Source: Gemmatimonadota bacterium (lineage in GTDB: Bacteria > Latescibacterota > UBA2968 > UBA8231). From it: DNA of 49,971 nucleotides. The stretch is taken from contig JAYPJE010000031.1 of assembly GCA_038128265.1 (NCBI GenBank), forward strand, positions 1 through 49,971. The letters are read 5' to 3'. How positions within the stretch are numbered: the stretch's first letter is position 1; each line of letters starts with the position of its first letter. The notes below the pieces were generated by a model that worked only from the letters and a program-made list of their open reading frames with translations, did no database searches and had not been told where the DNA came from. The translations under genes were made by a program, and so were the position numbers. Shown in pieces: positions 8,559 through 17,512 of the stretch.

Positions 8559-10628
8559 TTAAAGGACGTACTTCTCCAATAGGCGACGGTAAATAGCCGC
8601 GAAGTCGGCGCGCCCGTTGTCCTTATTGTAAAAGTAGCAGAATGGGTTGGGATTCAGCTCTAGGATGCGCAGTCCGTCAGCGCCGTTGATTAAATCGACG
8701 GCGTAAAAGCCCAAATGGACTGCGGGTGCAATGGCGGCGACCAGTGCGCGCATGGACTCCAGTACGGGCCCCTCGGCAACGCGGACGGCGTGCCCGTCGT
8801 CTTGGTGGAGCGGGTTGAGGTCGGTGCCGCTGCGCGCATCGCTCTCCTTGCCGTAGGCCAAGAGCAGTTCGCCCTCTGTTGCCACGGCGCGGAACTCAGC
8901 GCCGGGGACGTATTCCTGTATTAGAATGATATTGTCGAGGTAGGTGCTGTTTTCAAAGAGGTGGTGCAGGCGGTGCTCCAGCGCTTCCGCGCCGTGTTCA
9001 AGGAATACGCCCTGGGCTAGCGAACTCCGGTATTTTTTAACGACCAAGGGGAAGGTAAAGTGTTGACCTATATCATCGACGATATCGCGGATCGTATGAT
9101 GCGTTTTGTAGCGATCAAAGCGCGGGTCGGCCAGCGGGTTAAAGACCTGCTGCGTGTGCGGAATAGGTAGACCAACGCGCGCAAAAATTTCGTGCTGGAA
9201 TGCTTTGTCCTCTGCGATACGCGCTCCCATATAGTCGTTGAACGGGTGCTTGTTGCGCCAAAAGTACAGCGGTCGCTCGCGGTGGGTTAGGCGCATGAGG
9301 GAGCCTTCATCGCTGTAGGGCTCGCACGGCAGGCCCAACTGTTCGCAGGCCATTTTGAGGCATTCCAGGTTTTCCAGCGCCATGTCTTCGGTGATGCCGT
9401 CGCGCTCACAGGGCAGGTCAAAGAATTCGCGTGCACGTGCGACGAGGAAGAGCGATCCGGTGACGCATAGCGCGCCCCGTTCTCCGGCTAGCTGGCGACC
9501 GCGGTGCAGCGCTGCCGAAAAAGACGGCACGACTTCGGCCGTTGTGCCGTTGGGCACGTGCTGCGCCAACGCGGCAGCCGGCACCGCTTTGGGATGGTCG
9601 GAAGCAGTGAGCACGATGCGATCGGCTAGCGGTGCCAGCGCGCGCAAAAACGCACCCGCCTCGTGCCCTGAGCCCATGCCGATGACCAGCGTCCAACGCG
9701 CGCGGAGGGCGCGCAGGGAATCGGCTAATGCTCCAGCAGCCTGCGGGTTGTGAGCTCCGTCTAGCATGATTAAAGGCGTTGTGCTGGCCCGTTCAAAGCG
9801 CCCTGGCCACGCGTGCTCTGCCACGGTGCGCTCGGCGCTTGCTTGCGATGGTGCCAACCCCATGCCGCGTGCCGCCGCCAGGGCGAGCTCGGCGTTTTCT
9901 CCGTAGTACTGAGGACGCTCTGGCACGGTGCGAACCGGAGCCGTATGCAGCGCGATTGCGCGTTCGGCGCAGGTGCGTTGGAGCAGCTGCATTACTTCGG
10001 GGTCCTGGGCTATTGTTGTATACAGCGCGCGCCCGCTGCGCGCTATATGCACTTTATCGGCGGCGATTTGCTCTAGGGTGTCGCCCAAGATGCCAACGTG
10101 GTCTAAGCCGATCCGCGTCAGCACGGCGGCGTCGGCATCCCAGGCGTTGGTTGCGTCGTAGCGCCCCCCCAGACCGACCTCAAATACGGCCCATTCGCAG
10201 CGCGCCGCCGCAAAAAAGTGCGCAGCTAGCGCTGTCAGCGCTTCAAATTTGCTGAATGCGCCGAGCCCTTCGCGCTCAAAGTCGCGCGTGGTATCGTACA
10301 AGTTACCTACGGCGGCAGCCCACAGGTCTTTGCTCAAAATCTCGCCGTTGACGCGGATGCGCTCGCGCTGCGTATGTAGGTGAGGTGAGGTGTAGAGTCC
10401 TACGCACAGGTCCGACTGCTGGACGAGCGCGGCCAGTAGACTCGACGCTGTGCCCTTGCCATTGGTGCCCCCTACGATGAGCGTGCGGAAGGAATGCTGC
10501 GGGTTGCCTAAACGCGCCAAGAGCGCGCGCATGCGGGGCAGGTAGTCTTCCAAGGGGCCGCTAGGCTGTTGTCCCGTCTCCCAGTCGGGCAGCGTATCGA
10601 GGAAGCGCTTGGCGCGAAAATAATCCAT
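8559..10628 (-). CDS. folC: Folylpolyglutamate synthase/dihydrofolate synthase fused to a C-terminal RimK-like ATP-grasp domain
   Basis: GTNGKG, YTSPHL, ERIRVNG, EVGLGGRYDATN, IGLDH, WPGRFE, DGAHNP, TGSLFLV; then in the same frame EDK, FPLVVKK, IQEYVPGAEFR, AVDLI and ILELNPNP (ATP-grasp). Confidence 0.88.
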   Translation of the reverse strand: MDYFRAKRFLDTLPDWETGQQPSGPLEDYLPRMRALLARLGNPQHSFRTLIVGGTNGKGTASSLLAALVQQSDLCVGLYTSPHLHTQRERIRVNGEILSKDLWAAAVGNLYDTTRDFEREGLGAFSKFEALTALAAHFFAAARCEWAVFEVGLGGRYDATNAWDADAAVLTRIGLDHVGILGDTLEQIAADKVHIARSGRALYTTIAQDPEVMQLLQRTCAERAIALHTAPVRTVPERPQYYGENAELALAAARGMGLAPSQASAERTVAEHAWPGRFERASTTPLIMLDGAHNPQAAGALADSLRALRARWTLVIGMGSGHEAGAFLRALAPLADRIVLTASDHPKAVPAAALAQHVPNGTTAEVVPSFSAALHRGRQLAGERGALCVTGSLFLVARAREFFDLPCERDGITEDMALENLECLKMACEQLGLPCEPYSDEGSLMRLTHRERPLYFWRNKHPFNDYMGARIAEDKAFQHEIFARVGLPIPHTQQVFNPLADPRFDRYKTHHTIRDIVDDIGQHFTFPLVVKKYRSSLAQGVFLEHGAEALEHRLHHLFENSTYLDNIILIQEYVPGAEFRAVATEGELLLAYGKESDARSGTDLNPLHQDDGHAVRVAEGPVLESMRALVAAIAPAVHLGFYAVDLINGADGLRILELNPNPFCYFYNKDNGRADFAAIYRRLLEKYVL

Positions 10629-10650
10629 GCAGATGTTTACCTACACATAG

Positions 10651-10678
10651 AAAAAGGGGTGACCTGAACGGTCGCCCC
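10651..10678 (-). terminator. Probable intrinsic terminator after moaA
   Basis: Minus strand GGGGCGACC-GTTCA-GGTCACCCC-TTTTT (9-bp stem with one mismatch, then a U-tract). Confidence 0.55.
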
Positions 10679-10711
10679 GAGACCCTGTCATCGCCCGGCT
10701 GCGTGCGGAAC

Positions 10712-11767
10712 TCATCCGCCGCGCGTATGCATCTCTCTGTGCGGATCTTCGCGCAGGTCTTCTATGGCAAAGAGCGCGCCGCGCGCAGGATCTTCCAGGC
10801 GGTGTTCGGCGCCGCGATCTTGACGGCCGTTCCACGTCGCGCGCACGTAGTCGATTAGTGCATCGCGCTGTTCCGGTGCACGCAGATAGGTGCGCAGGTC
10901 GTGGCCTTCGCCGGCGTATAGGCACAGATACCACATGCCGTCGGCGGTCAGGCGGCTGCGATCGCACGTGCCGCAAAACGGTTCGCTGACCGAAGCGATA
11001 ATGCCGAAGCGCGTGCCGTCTTGCAGTTGGAACCTCGCCGCCGGTGCCGCCCCCTGTGGGCCATCGGCTGCGATCGGGCCGTAGTGCTGCTCTAGCAGAG
11101 CGAGTATATCGCGCCGAGTAACGACTTCGCCCTGCGACCAGTGGGTGGCTCCCCCTACATCCATGTATTCAATAAAGCGAACCTCAGCGCCGACGCGCTT
11201 GCCGTATTCGATCAGGTCGACGATTTCGTCGTCGTTGAAACCGCGCATTACAACGGTGTTGATCTTTAGCGCGTCGAATCCCGCACCAGACGCCGCGTCG
11301 ATGCCCGAGAGCACGGACGCCAGCGCGTCGCGTCGCGTCAATTGCTCTAGGCGTTCCCTCCGCAGCGAATCTAAGCTGACGGTGATGCGCTGCAGTCCGG
11401 CACGACGCAGGGCCTCGGCGCGCTGGGCCAACTGCGTGCCGTTGGTCGTTAGGGCTAGGTCGCCAATAGATGGCATATCGGCTATGCGCGCGACGAGTTC
11501 TTCTACATGCGGGCGCAGTAAGGGTTCGCCGCCCGTGATGCGCACGCGATCGACACCGAGTTCGGCAAATGTGCTGACTGCTCTCTCAATCTCGTCAAAG
11601 CTGAGTATGTCGGCCTTGGGCAACCAGGCGTAGTGCTCTTCGGGCATGCAGTAGCGGCAGCGCAGATCGCAGCGATCAATAACGGATACGCGCAGGCTGC
11701 GCATTGGGCGCTGTAGGCGATCGATGGAGGCGTTTTCCAAAGCAGTATGAATTCTGGCGGCAACCAC
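10712..11767 (-). CDS. moaA: GTP 3',8-cyclase MoaA (radical SAM)
   Basis: LRVSVIDRCDLRCRYCMP, RITGGEPLLR, TTNG, FIEYM, FCGTCDRSRLTADG..LCL and C-terminal GG; exact start uncertain. Confidence 0.95.
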   Translation of the reverse strand: MVAARIHTALENASIDRLQRPMRSLRVSVIDRCDLRCRYCMPEEHYAWLPKADILSFDEIERAVSTFAELGVDRVRITGGEPLLRPHVEELVARIADMPSIGDLALTTNGTQLAQRAEALRRAGLQRITVSLDSLRRERLEQLTRRDALASVLSGIDAASGAGFDALKINTVVMRGFNDDEIVDLIEYGKRVGAEVRFIEYMDVGGATHWSQGEVVTRRDILALLEQHYGPIAADGPQGAAPAARFQLQDGTRFGIIASVSEPFCGTCDRSRLTADGMWYLCLYAGEGHDLRTYLRAPEQRDALIDYVRATWNGRQDRGAEHRLEDPARGALFAIEDLREDPHREMHTRGG

Positions 11768-11921
11768 AGTGTGTAATGTGCAAAAAATTGGGTCGAAATC
11801 AGATTTTTGAATATAGGTATTCTAAGCGTTGGAGCAATTTTAAGGCGTGGTATGCCGGTGTGATGCATGCGAAATTACAATGGGAGAGTACATCGGCTCC
11901 TGTTTTGTGTATATTATTGTC

Positions 11922-11966
11922 CATCGCGGTATTCGCTCGACTGATTTCGCATCGCGATATTCGCTC
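11922..11966. repeat. 17-bp direct repeat pair in the divergent moaA/response-regulator intergenic region
   Basis: CATCGCGGTATTCGCTC (11922-11938) and CATCGCGATATTCGCTC (11950-11966), 16/17 identical. Confidence 0.75.
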
Positions 11967-12050
11967 TTTTTGGATTATAAAGTCAAGTTTTACAAGAACT
12001 TATCTCTTTTTGAGTGGAGCGCGGTTCCCCAAAGGTAGGATAGGTATTGT

Positions 12051-12452
12051 ATGGTTGCTAAGATATTGATCGTCGAAGACGACGAGGCATTGCGCGAGAG
12101 CTTGGTCCTCGCGCTGAGGACGTGTGCGGATCCTCCCATGAAGGTCTTTACCGCCGGTGATGGCAAAGCGGCGCTGCGGATCATAGAAGAGGAGGGAGAC
12201 ATCAATGTGGCGGTGGTCGATATCTTTATGCCCGGCGTCGACGGGATCGAATTTATCCGCACGGTGCGAAAAACGCAGCACGCCCTCAACACGTTGGCCA
12301 TTTCCGGTGGGGCCGTGCACATACACAGCAACTATCTAAACTCGGCGCGTTTCTTGGGTGCGGCGGCCATTCTCACAAAGCCCTTCCGCATGACGCAATT
12401 TCAGGAAGCCGTAAAAAAGCTGCTCGATGGTGCACCGGAGGCGGCCGAATAG
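12051..12452 (+). CDS. Single-domain response regulator (CheY-like)
   Basis: KILIVEDD, VVDIFMPGVDG, AISGG and LTKPF motifs. Confidence 0.9.
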   Translation: MVAKILIVEDDEALRESLVLALRTCADPPMKVFTAGDGKAALRIIEEEGDINVAVVDIFMPGVDGIEFIRTVRKTQHALNTLAISGGAVHIHSNYLNSARFLGAAAILTKPFRMTQFQEAVKKLLDGAPEAAE

Positions 12453-12461
12453 TATGGGGCT

Positions 12462-14144
12462 CTACGTGCGCGTTAGCTGGCGGTAGTGCACGCGCTTGGG
12501 TATATCGGCTTCTACGCCAAGGCGCTGGCGGCGGTTTTCCTCGTATTCTGAATAGTTTCCCTCAAACCAGTAGACTTGGCTGTCGCCTTCAAAGGCGAGT
12601 ATGTGGGTGGCCAAGCGATCCAAAAACCAGCGGTCGTGGCTGATGACCAGCGCGCAGCCGGCGAAGTTCTCCAGGCCCTCTTCCAGAGCGCGCAGCGTGT
12701 TGACGTCAAGGTCGTTGGTCGGCTCGTCGAGCAGGATTACGTTGGCACCCTCTTTGAGCATCTTTGCTATGTTGACGCGGTTGCGCTGCCCGCCCGAAAG
12801 TTCGCCAACTTTCTGCTGCTGATCGGCGCCGCCGAAGTTAAAGCGGCCCACGTAGGCACGCGAGTTAACCGTGCGCTCGCCCAGTTCGATTTCTTCTTCT
12901 CCGCCGGAGATCTCCTGCCAAACCGTTTTGTCGGGGTCGAGCGTTTCACGCGTTTGGTCGACATAGGCTAGCTGAGCGGTGTCGCCTAGCTTGAGCACAC
13001 CTTCATCGGGTTGCTCTTGGCCGGTAATCAAGCGAAATAGCGTCGTCTTACCGGCCCCGTTGGGGCCTATAATGCCGACAATGCCACCGGGCGGCATTTT
13101 AAAAGACATATTTTCAAAAATGATGCGATCGCCATAGGTCTTTTTAAGGCCGTCGGCATCTACGACTACGGAGCCCAACCGCGGCCCCGGCGGGATATAG
13201 ATCTGCAGTTCTTCGTTGCGCTGCACGCGGTCTTGGTTGAGCAACTCCTCGTAGGCGCGCAGGCGGGCTTTGTTTTTTTGCTGCTTGGCGCGCGGCGTCA
13301 TGCGCACCCACTCCAATTCGCGCTCGAGTGTTTTCTGCCGCGCACTCTCGCTTTTCTCCTCCAGGCGCAGGCGCTCCTGCTTCTGTTCGAGCCAAGACGA
13401 GTAGTTGCCCTTCCAGGGAATGCCGCGCCCCCCGTCCAATTCCAGTATCCAGCCGGCGACGTTGTCGAGAAAGTAGCGATCGTGCGTAACGGCGATCACC
13501 GTGCCCTGATACTGCTGCAGATGTCCTTCTAACCAGGCCACCGTTTCGGCATCGAGGTGGTTAGTCGGCTCGTCAAGGAGCAGGATGTCTGGCTTGCTCA
13601 GCAGCAGTCGGCACAGCGCTACGCGGCGTTTTTCACCGCCGGATAGGTGGTCTACTACTTGGTCTTCGGGCGGGCAGCGCAGGGCGTCCATGGCCATTTG
13701 TAGGCGGCTATCCAAGTCCCAGGCGCCGGCGGCGTCGAGTTGTTCGGCGACGGTGGATTGGCGCTCGATCAGCGCGTTCATGGCGTCGTCGTCCATCGGT
13801 TCGGCAAATTGGTTGTTGATTTCCTCGTACTCGCGCACGAGATCGACCGTGGCCTGCACGCCTTGTTCGACGATCTGTCGCACCGTTTTGCCGCTTTCCA
13901 ACTGCGGTTCCTGCTCCATATAGCCGACCGTATAGCCGGGGGAAAGATCGGCGTTGCCTTCAAACTCGCCGTCGACGCCGGCCATGATGCGCAATAGGGT
14001 GCTCTTGCCGGAGCCGTTCAGGCCGAGAACTCCTATTTTGGCGCCGTAGAAGTAGGAGAGTGAGATGTCTTCTATGATTTTCTTGCGGTTGTAGTGTTTG
14101 CTTACGCGCCGCATGGAATAAATAATTTTTTCTGCTTCGCTCAT
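12462..14144 (-). CDS. ettA: Energy-dependent translational throttle protein EttA (ABC-F)
   Basis: DISLSYFYGAKIGVLGLNGSGKS, LSGGEKRRVALC, LLLDEPTNHLDAE, IPPGPRLG, DEPTNDLDV, HDRWFLDR and FEGNYSEYE. Confidence 0.96.
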   Translation of the reverse strand: MSEAEKIIYSMRRVSKHYNRKKIIEDISLSYFYGAKIGVLGLNGSGKSTLLRIMAGVDGEFEGNADLSPGYTVGYMEQEPQLESGKTVRQIVEQGVQATVDLVREYEEINNQFAEPMDDDAMNALIERQSTVAEQLDAAGAWDLDSRLQMAMDALRCPPEDQVVDHLSGGEKRRVALCRLLLSKPDILLLDEPTNHLDAETVAWLEGHLQQYQGTVIAVTHDRYFLDNVAGWILELDGGRGIPWKGNYSSWLEQKQERLRLEEKSESARQKTLERELEWVRMTPRAKQQKNKARLRAYEELLNQDRVQRNEELQIYIPPGPRLGSVVVDADGLKKTYGDRIIFENMSFKMPPGGIVGIIGPNGAGKTTLFRLITGQEQPDEGVLKLGDTAQLAYVDQTRETLDPDKTVWQEISGGEEEIELGERTVNSRAYVGRFNFGGADQQQKVGELSGGQRNRVNIAKMLKEGANVILLDEPTNDLDVNTLRALEEGLENFAGCALVISHDRWFLDRLATHILAFEGDSQVYWFEGNYSEYEENRRQRLGVEADIPKRVHYRQLTRT

Positions 14145-15103
14145 GACCTTTTCTCCTGGAGTTCTCTATAGGCTTCAAACACAATAGACAGGTCGCGCTT
14201 CGCCTGCACAAAGCCCGAAATGGGTGCGCGCGATGGGTCGTCTAAACAGGCTAAAAAATCGCGCGTCTGTCCTTCGTACCCCATCAGGTCACGCAGACCT
14301 GGAAAATAGATTCGCTTGCGTGCGCGCGACTTGAGGCGCACGTAGAGCCCGTTGCTCTCAAATAGGATATACCCTGCGTCACCGTCGATGCGAGAGTGCT
14401 GCAGAACGCCTTTGGTTGCACTGAATGCGTCCCACGCGTAGTGCAGTTCGGCGCGCAGCCCGTCGGCGTATTCCATGCACACTTCGGAGCGCCGCTCGGC
14501 TCTATCTGGTTTCATACCGGGAAACTGTGCGGTCACGCGCTGCGGGGCTTGTCCGACAAGAGCCGATATAAGTGCCACAAAGTGTATGCCGCCTTCGAGA
14601 AGTGCGCCATAGCCGCTCTTCCATCCCGAGGCCTGCTGAGTAAAACACTTGCGCACGCGGATGGACTGGAGCGAGCCGATAAACCCCTGGCCGATGATCC
14701 ACTGCAGGAGCTTTAGCGAGGGCTTGTAGTAGTAGTTTTCGGCCACGACAAAAGGAATGTTGGGGTGGGCGGCCAACGTCTCTTCCAAAGTGGCTAATTC
14801 ACTCGGGTTGGTGCACAGCGGCTTTTCTACGAGCACGCCTTTGCCGTGCTGCAGGGCCGCTGTCGAATGGGCGATGTGGTGCTCGGGTGGCGTGCAAAGC
14901 ACGACGCCGTCGATGTCTGCATCGAGCGCCTGCTCGTAGCTATCGTACACCTTCGCGCCGTTAAAGGATGCGCAAAAGGCCTCAGCGCTTTCGCGCCGCC
15001 GGCTGACAAAGTGCAGCTCGGCGCGTGCGCGCAGGTGCTTGGCATGAACGTTGGCGATGGTGCCGCAGCCAACGATGCAGATTTTTTTTGCTGTGCTGTC
15101 CAA
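14141..15103 (-). CDS. Gfo/Idh/MocA-family NAD(P)-dependent oxidoreductase
   Basis: IVGCGTIA, LCTPP..H, VLVEKP and GALLEGGIH motifs; ATGA overlap with ettA. Confidence 0.88.
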   Translation of the reverse strand: MDSTAKKICIVGCGTIANVHAKHLRARAELHFVSRRRESAEAFCASFNGAKVYDSYEQALDADIDGVVLCTPPEHHIAHSTAALQHGKGVLVEKPLCTNPSELATLEETLAAHPNIPFVVAENYYYKPSLKLLQWIIGQGFIGSLQSIRVRKCFTQQASGWKSGYGALLEGGIHFVALISALVGQAPQRVTAQFPGMKPDRAERRSEVCMEYADGLRAELHYAWDAFSATKGVLQHSRIDGDAGYILFESNGLYVRLKSRARKRIYFPGLRDLMGYEGQTRDFLACLDDPSRAPISGFVQAKRDLSIVFEAYRELQEKRS

Positions 15104-15119
15104 TAGATGCTCGCGTTGC

Positions 15120-16604
15120 TCAGTGGGTCAGCATGGCCTCCGCTACGCGCAGGGCGTTGGCGGCAATGGTCAGGCTGGGGTTTACGCCGCCGGAGGTCGG
15201 CATAAACGAGCCGTCGGCGACGAATAGGTTATCTACGTCCCACACGCGACCGTTTTTGTCCACCACGCCGTCTTCGGGCGTATGGGCGCTGCGCAGGGTG
15301 CCGACGGCGTGTGAGAACGAATCGATGGCATACGTGTAAGAGGCTAGGCCACCGGCCTTGCGTAGGACCCGCCGCGCGCGCTTGAGCAGGTAGTCGCGGC
15401 GCTGCACGTCGGCGCGGCTGTAGGCGTGTTCGATTTCTACTGTGGGCAGGCCCCAGGCGTCCGTGTGCGCGCTCAGGCGCACGCGGTTTTGCAGCTGTGG
15501 CTCGTCTTCGGCTATGCAGAGCAAGTTCTGCATCAGGGGGGCAAAGAGGCCGGCTATCCAGCGGCTGCCCGGCGGTGCGTGATGGCGAATAACTTCCGGT
15601 GACGGCGTGTAGATATCTTGGATCACGCCGACGGCCGTGCCCAACTCGCTGCGCAAATCCTCGTAGAAATCGCCAAAGCAAAGCTGTTTGTGGAAGACCT
15701 GCTGCGGATTGGTGCGAAAGGGAAAGACGTAGCTGCATACCGCATTGCAGTGGCGCATGAGGTTGCGCCCGATCAGCGGATGTTCCAATCCCGAGCGCAT
15801 CAGCAGCGCGGGGCTTTGTATTGCGCCCGCGGCAACGATGACCAGATCGCCTGCCGCGCGCTGCGTCTGTCCGCTGTCCGCGTCGGCGTATTCTACGGCG
15901 CGCACGCGCCGGCCCTCTATCTGTAAGCGCTGGGCGATGGCTCCGCTGGCAATGTGCAGACCGCGCTGCTGCGCATCTTGCAGGATCGCCGTTGCCAAAT
16001 CGTTTTTGGCCTCGACGCGGCAGGGAAAGCCGTCACAGGTATTGCACAGCACGCAGCGTGGGCGGCGCTCATCGCGAAAGTTGATGGCCAGCGGAATGGG
16101 GAACGGGCGATAGCCGAGGTCGGCCGCCGCTCGCTGCAGGCGCTGGGCCGGTTCGCTCAGTTCGATCGGTGAAAAGGGATAGGACGTTAGATCGGGCGGT
16201 TCAAAGGGGTCGACGCCGACCGCGCCGTGCACGCCCAGCAGCGCTTCGGCGCGCGCGTAGTAGGGGGCCAGCTCGGCGTAGGAAATGGGCCAGCGGGCAA
16301 AGTCTGCTTCTCGCAGGCGCAGCGAAGCACCGCCGTAGAACACCGACTTGCCGCCAACGGTTTCGTTGGGATAGACATCGCTAAAACGGCGGGCGCCGTA
16401 CTGTTTGACGCGGATCGGCGTGGGGCCGCGGTAGCGCTGCTCAATCAGGATCTGCCGCTGGTCCAAATCGCCTCCGTCGCGGTGGGGCCAGCGACCGCGC
16501 TCGAGCAGCAATACCTGGCGCCCGGCATCGGTTAGCGCGGATGCGACCAGAGCACCGCCAAATCCCGAACCGATAACTACCGCATCATAGGATGCCGAGT
16601 TCAT
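15120..16604 (-). CDS. GMC-family FAD oxidoreductase
   Basis: DAVVIGSGFGG, LLLERG, CVLCNTCDGFPC, GRNLMRH, HAVGT and DGSFMPTSGGVNPSLTIAANALR. Confidence 0.9.
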   Translation of the reverse strand: MNSASYDAVVIGSGFGGALVASALTDAGRQVLLLERGRWPHRDGGDLDQRQILIEQRYRGPTPIRVKQYGARRFSDVYPNETVGGKSVFYGGASLRLREADFARWPISYAELAPYYARAEALLGVHGAVGVDPFEPPDLTSYPFSPIELSEPAQRLQRAAADLGYRPFPIPLAINFRDERRPRCVLCNTCDGFPCRVEAKNDLATAILQDAQQRGLHIASGAIAQRLQIEGRRVRAVEYADADSGQTQRAAGDLVIVAAGAIQSPALLMRSGLEHPLIGRNLMRHCNAVCSYVFPFRTNPQQVFHKQLCFGDFYEDLRSELGTAVGVIQDIYTPSPEVIRHHAPPGSRWIAGLFAPLMQNLLCIAEDEPQLQNRVRLSAHTDAWGLPTVEIEHAYSRADVQRRDYLLKRARRVLRKAGGLASYTYAIDSFSHAVGTLRSAHTPEDGVVDKNGRVWDVDNLFVADGSFMPTSGGVNPSLTIAANALRVAEAMLTH

Positions 16605-17385
16605 GAACGTAGAGCAGCACCAGCGCCGCGATAATGACCAGCGCCGCGTAGTGAAAGCGCTCGCGCGTATCCAATTGATGTTGGATGCGCGGCAGGTCGG
16701 GGCGAAATTTACCCGACATATTGCGCTGGATATAGGTTTTGTAGTACTCGACGGAGAAGCGTTCCAAGCCGCCGTTCATATAGATGAGGAAGCCCAACGG
16801 CAGAGGGTTTTCCGGGTCGGCGAGAAAGTAGAAAAGCGGGCTAAGCAGCGCCAAGACCATGCCCGATCGCTGAAATTTGAGCGGCTTAAATCCCTCAAAC
16901 GGCGCGTCCTTATAGGCGCCGCCCAGAGCCACGATGCAGCCCGTTCCGTAGGCGACGGCTAGGTATCCCCAAAATCCACTGATCGCATAGTCGACGAGCA
17001 AGAAAGCGAATACGATCGCGACGATGACGATGCCGACCCCGTGGCGCAGCAGGTCGCTTTCGACATGGCGCCCGAAGAAGGTTATGCGCGATGGGACAAA
17101 GTACTTGTCCTGGTCTTCGGTGCGAAAAAATCCCTTGTAGATCTCGGCGAGAAAGCGCTCGATGCCCATGACCAGAAAAAACAGCTGCACCAGGTCGAGG
17201 TGCTGCACGCGCGCTTGGAAGTGGGGGAGGAAGTAGAGCGGCAAAAAAATGGCGATGTGAAAGTAGACGCTGCGCGGGAAGGTCTTTGGCTTGAACCCTT
17301 CGTAGGGCCCGTCTTTAAAGGCGCCCCAAAGCGATGTGTACAAGCCCGATACGACGATGACGAAAAATTGGATGGCGAATGACAT
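16585..17385 (-). CDS. Hypothetical integral membrane protein made of two homologous halves
   Basis: About 7 hydrophobic helices; repeats WGAFKDGPYEGFKPKTFPRS / GGAYKDAPFEGFKPLKFQRS and GIERFLAEIYK / GLERFSVEYYK; 20-nt overlap with the GMC gene. Confidence 0.8.
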   Translation of the reverse strand: MSFAIQFFVIVVSGLYTSLWGAFKDGPYEGFKPKTFPRSVYFHIAIFLPLYFLPHFQARVQHLDLVQLFFLVMGIERFLAEIYKGFFRTEDQDKYFVPSRITFFGRHVESDLLRHGVGIVIVAIVFAFLLVDYAISGFWGYLAVAYGTGCIVALGGAYKDAPFEGFKPLKFQRSGMVLALLSPLFYFLADPENPLPLGFLIYMNGGLERFSVEYYKTYIQRNMSGKFRPDLPRIQHQLDTRERFHYAALVIIAALVLLYVHELGIL

Positions 17386-17415
17386 GCGATTTCTCTAAGG
17401 ATGGATACCGCATAG

Positions 17416-17444
17416 ATATTAGGCCAGATGGGGCCGTGCGGCAA
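17416..17444 (-). promoter_or_regulatory. Putative sigma70-type promoter for the membrane protein-GMC-Gfo-ettA operon
   Basis: Minus strand TTGCCG-N17-TAATAT, about 30 nt upstream of the ATG at 17385. Confidence 0.45.
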
Positions 17445-17512
17445 GATGTTCTCTTGCTCGCGCGCGTCCGTTTGGTTTCTTTTACGACCCCCCTATTCGA
17501 AAGGAAAATCCT

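Noticed and set aside
8559..10628. Cyanophycin synthetase CphA
   Set aside because: Domain order is reversed, the Mur-like part has FolC-specific motifs, and no cphB is nearby
10629..10711. ZTP, THF or Moco riboswitch in front of folC
   Set aside because: Only about 80 nt are available and the conserved aptamer cores of those classes are not visible
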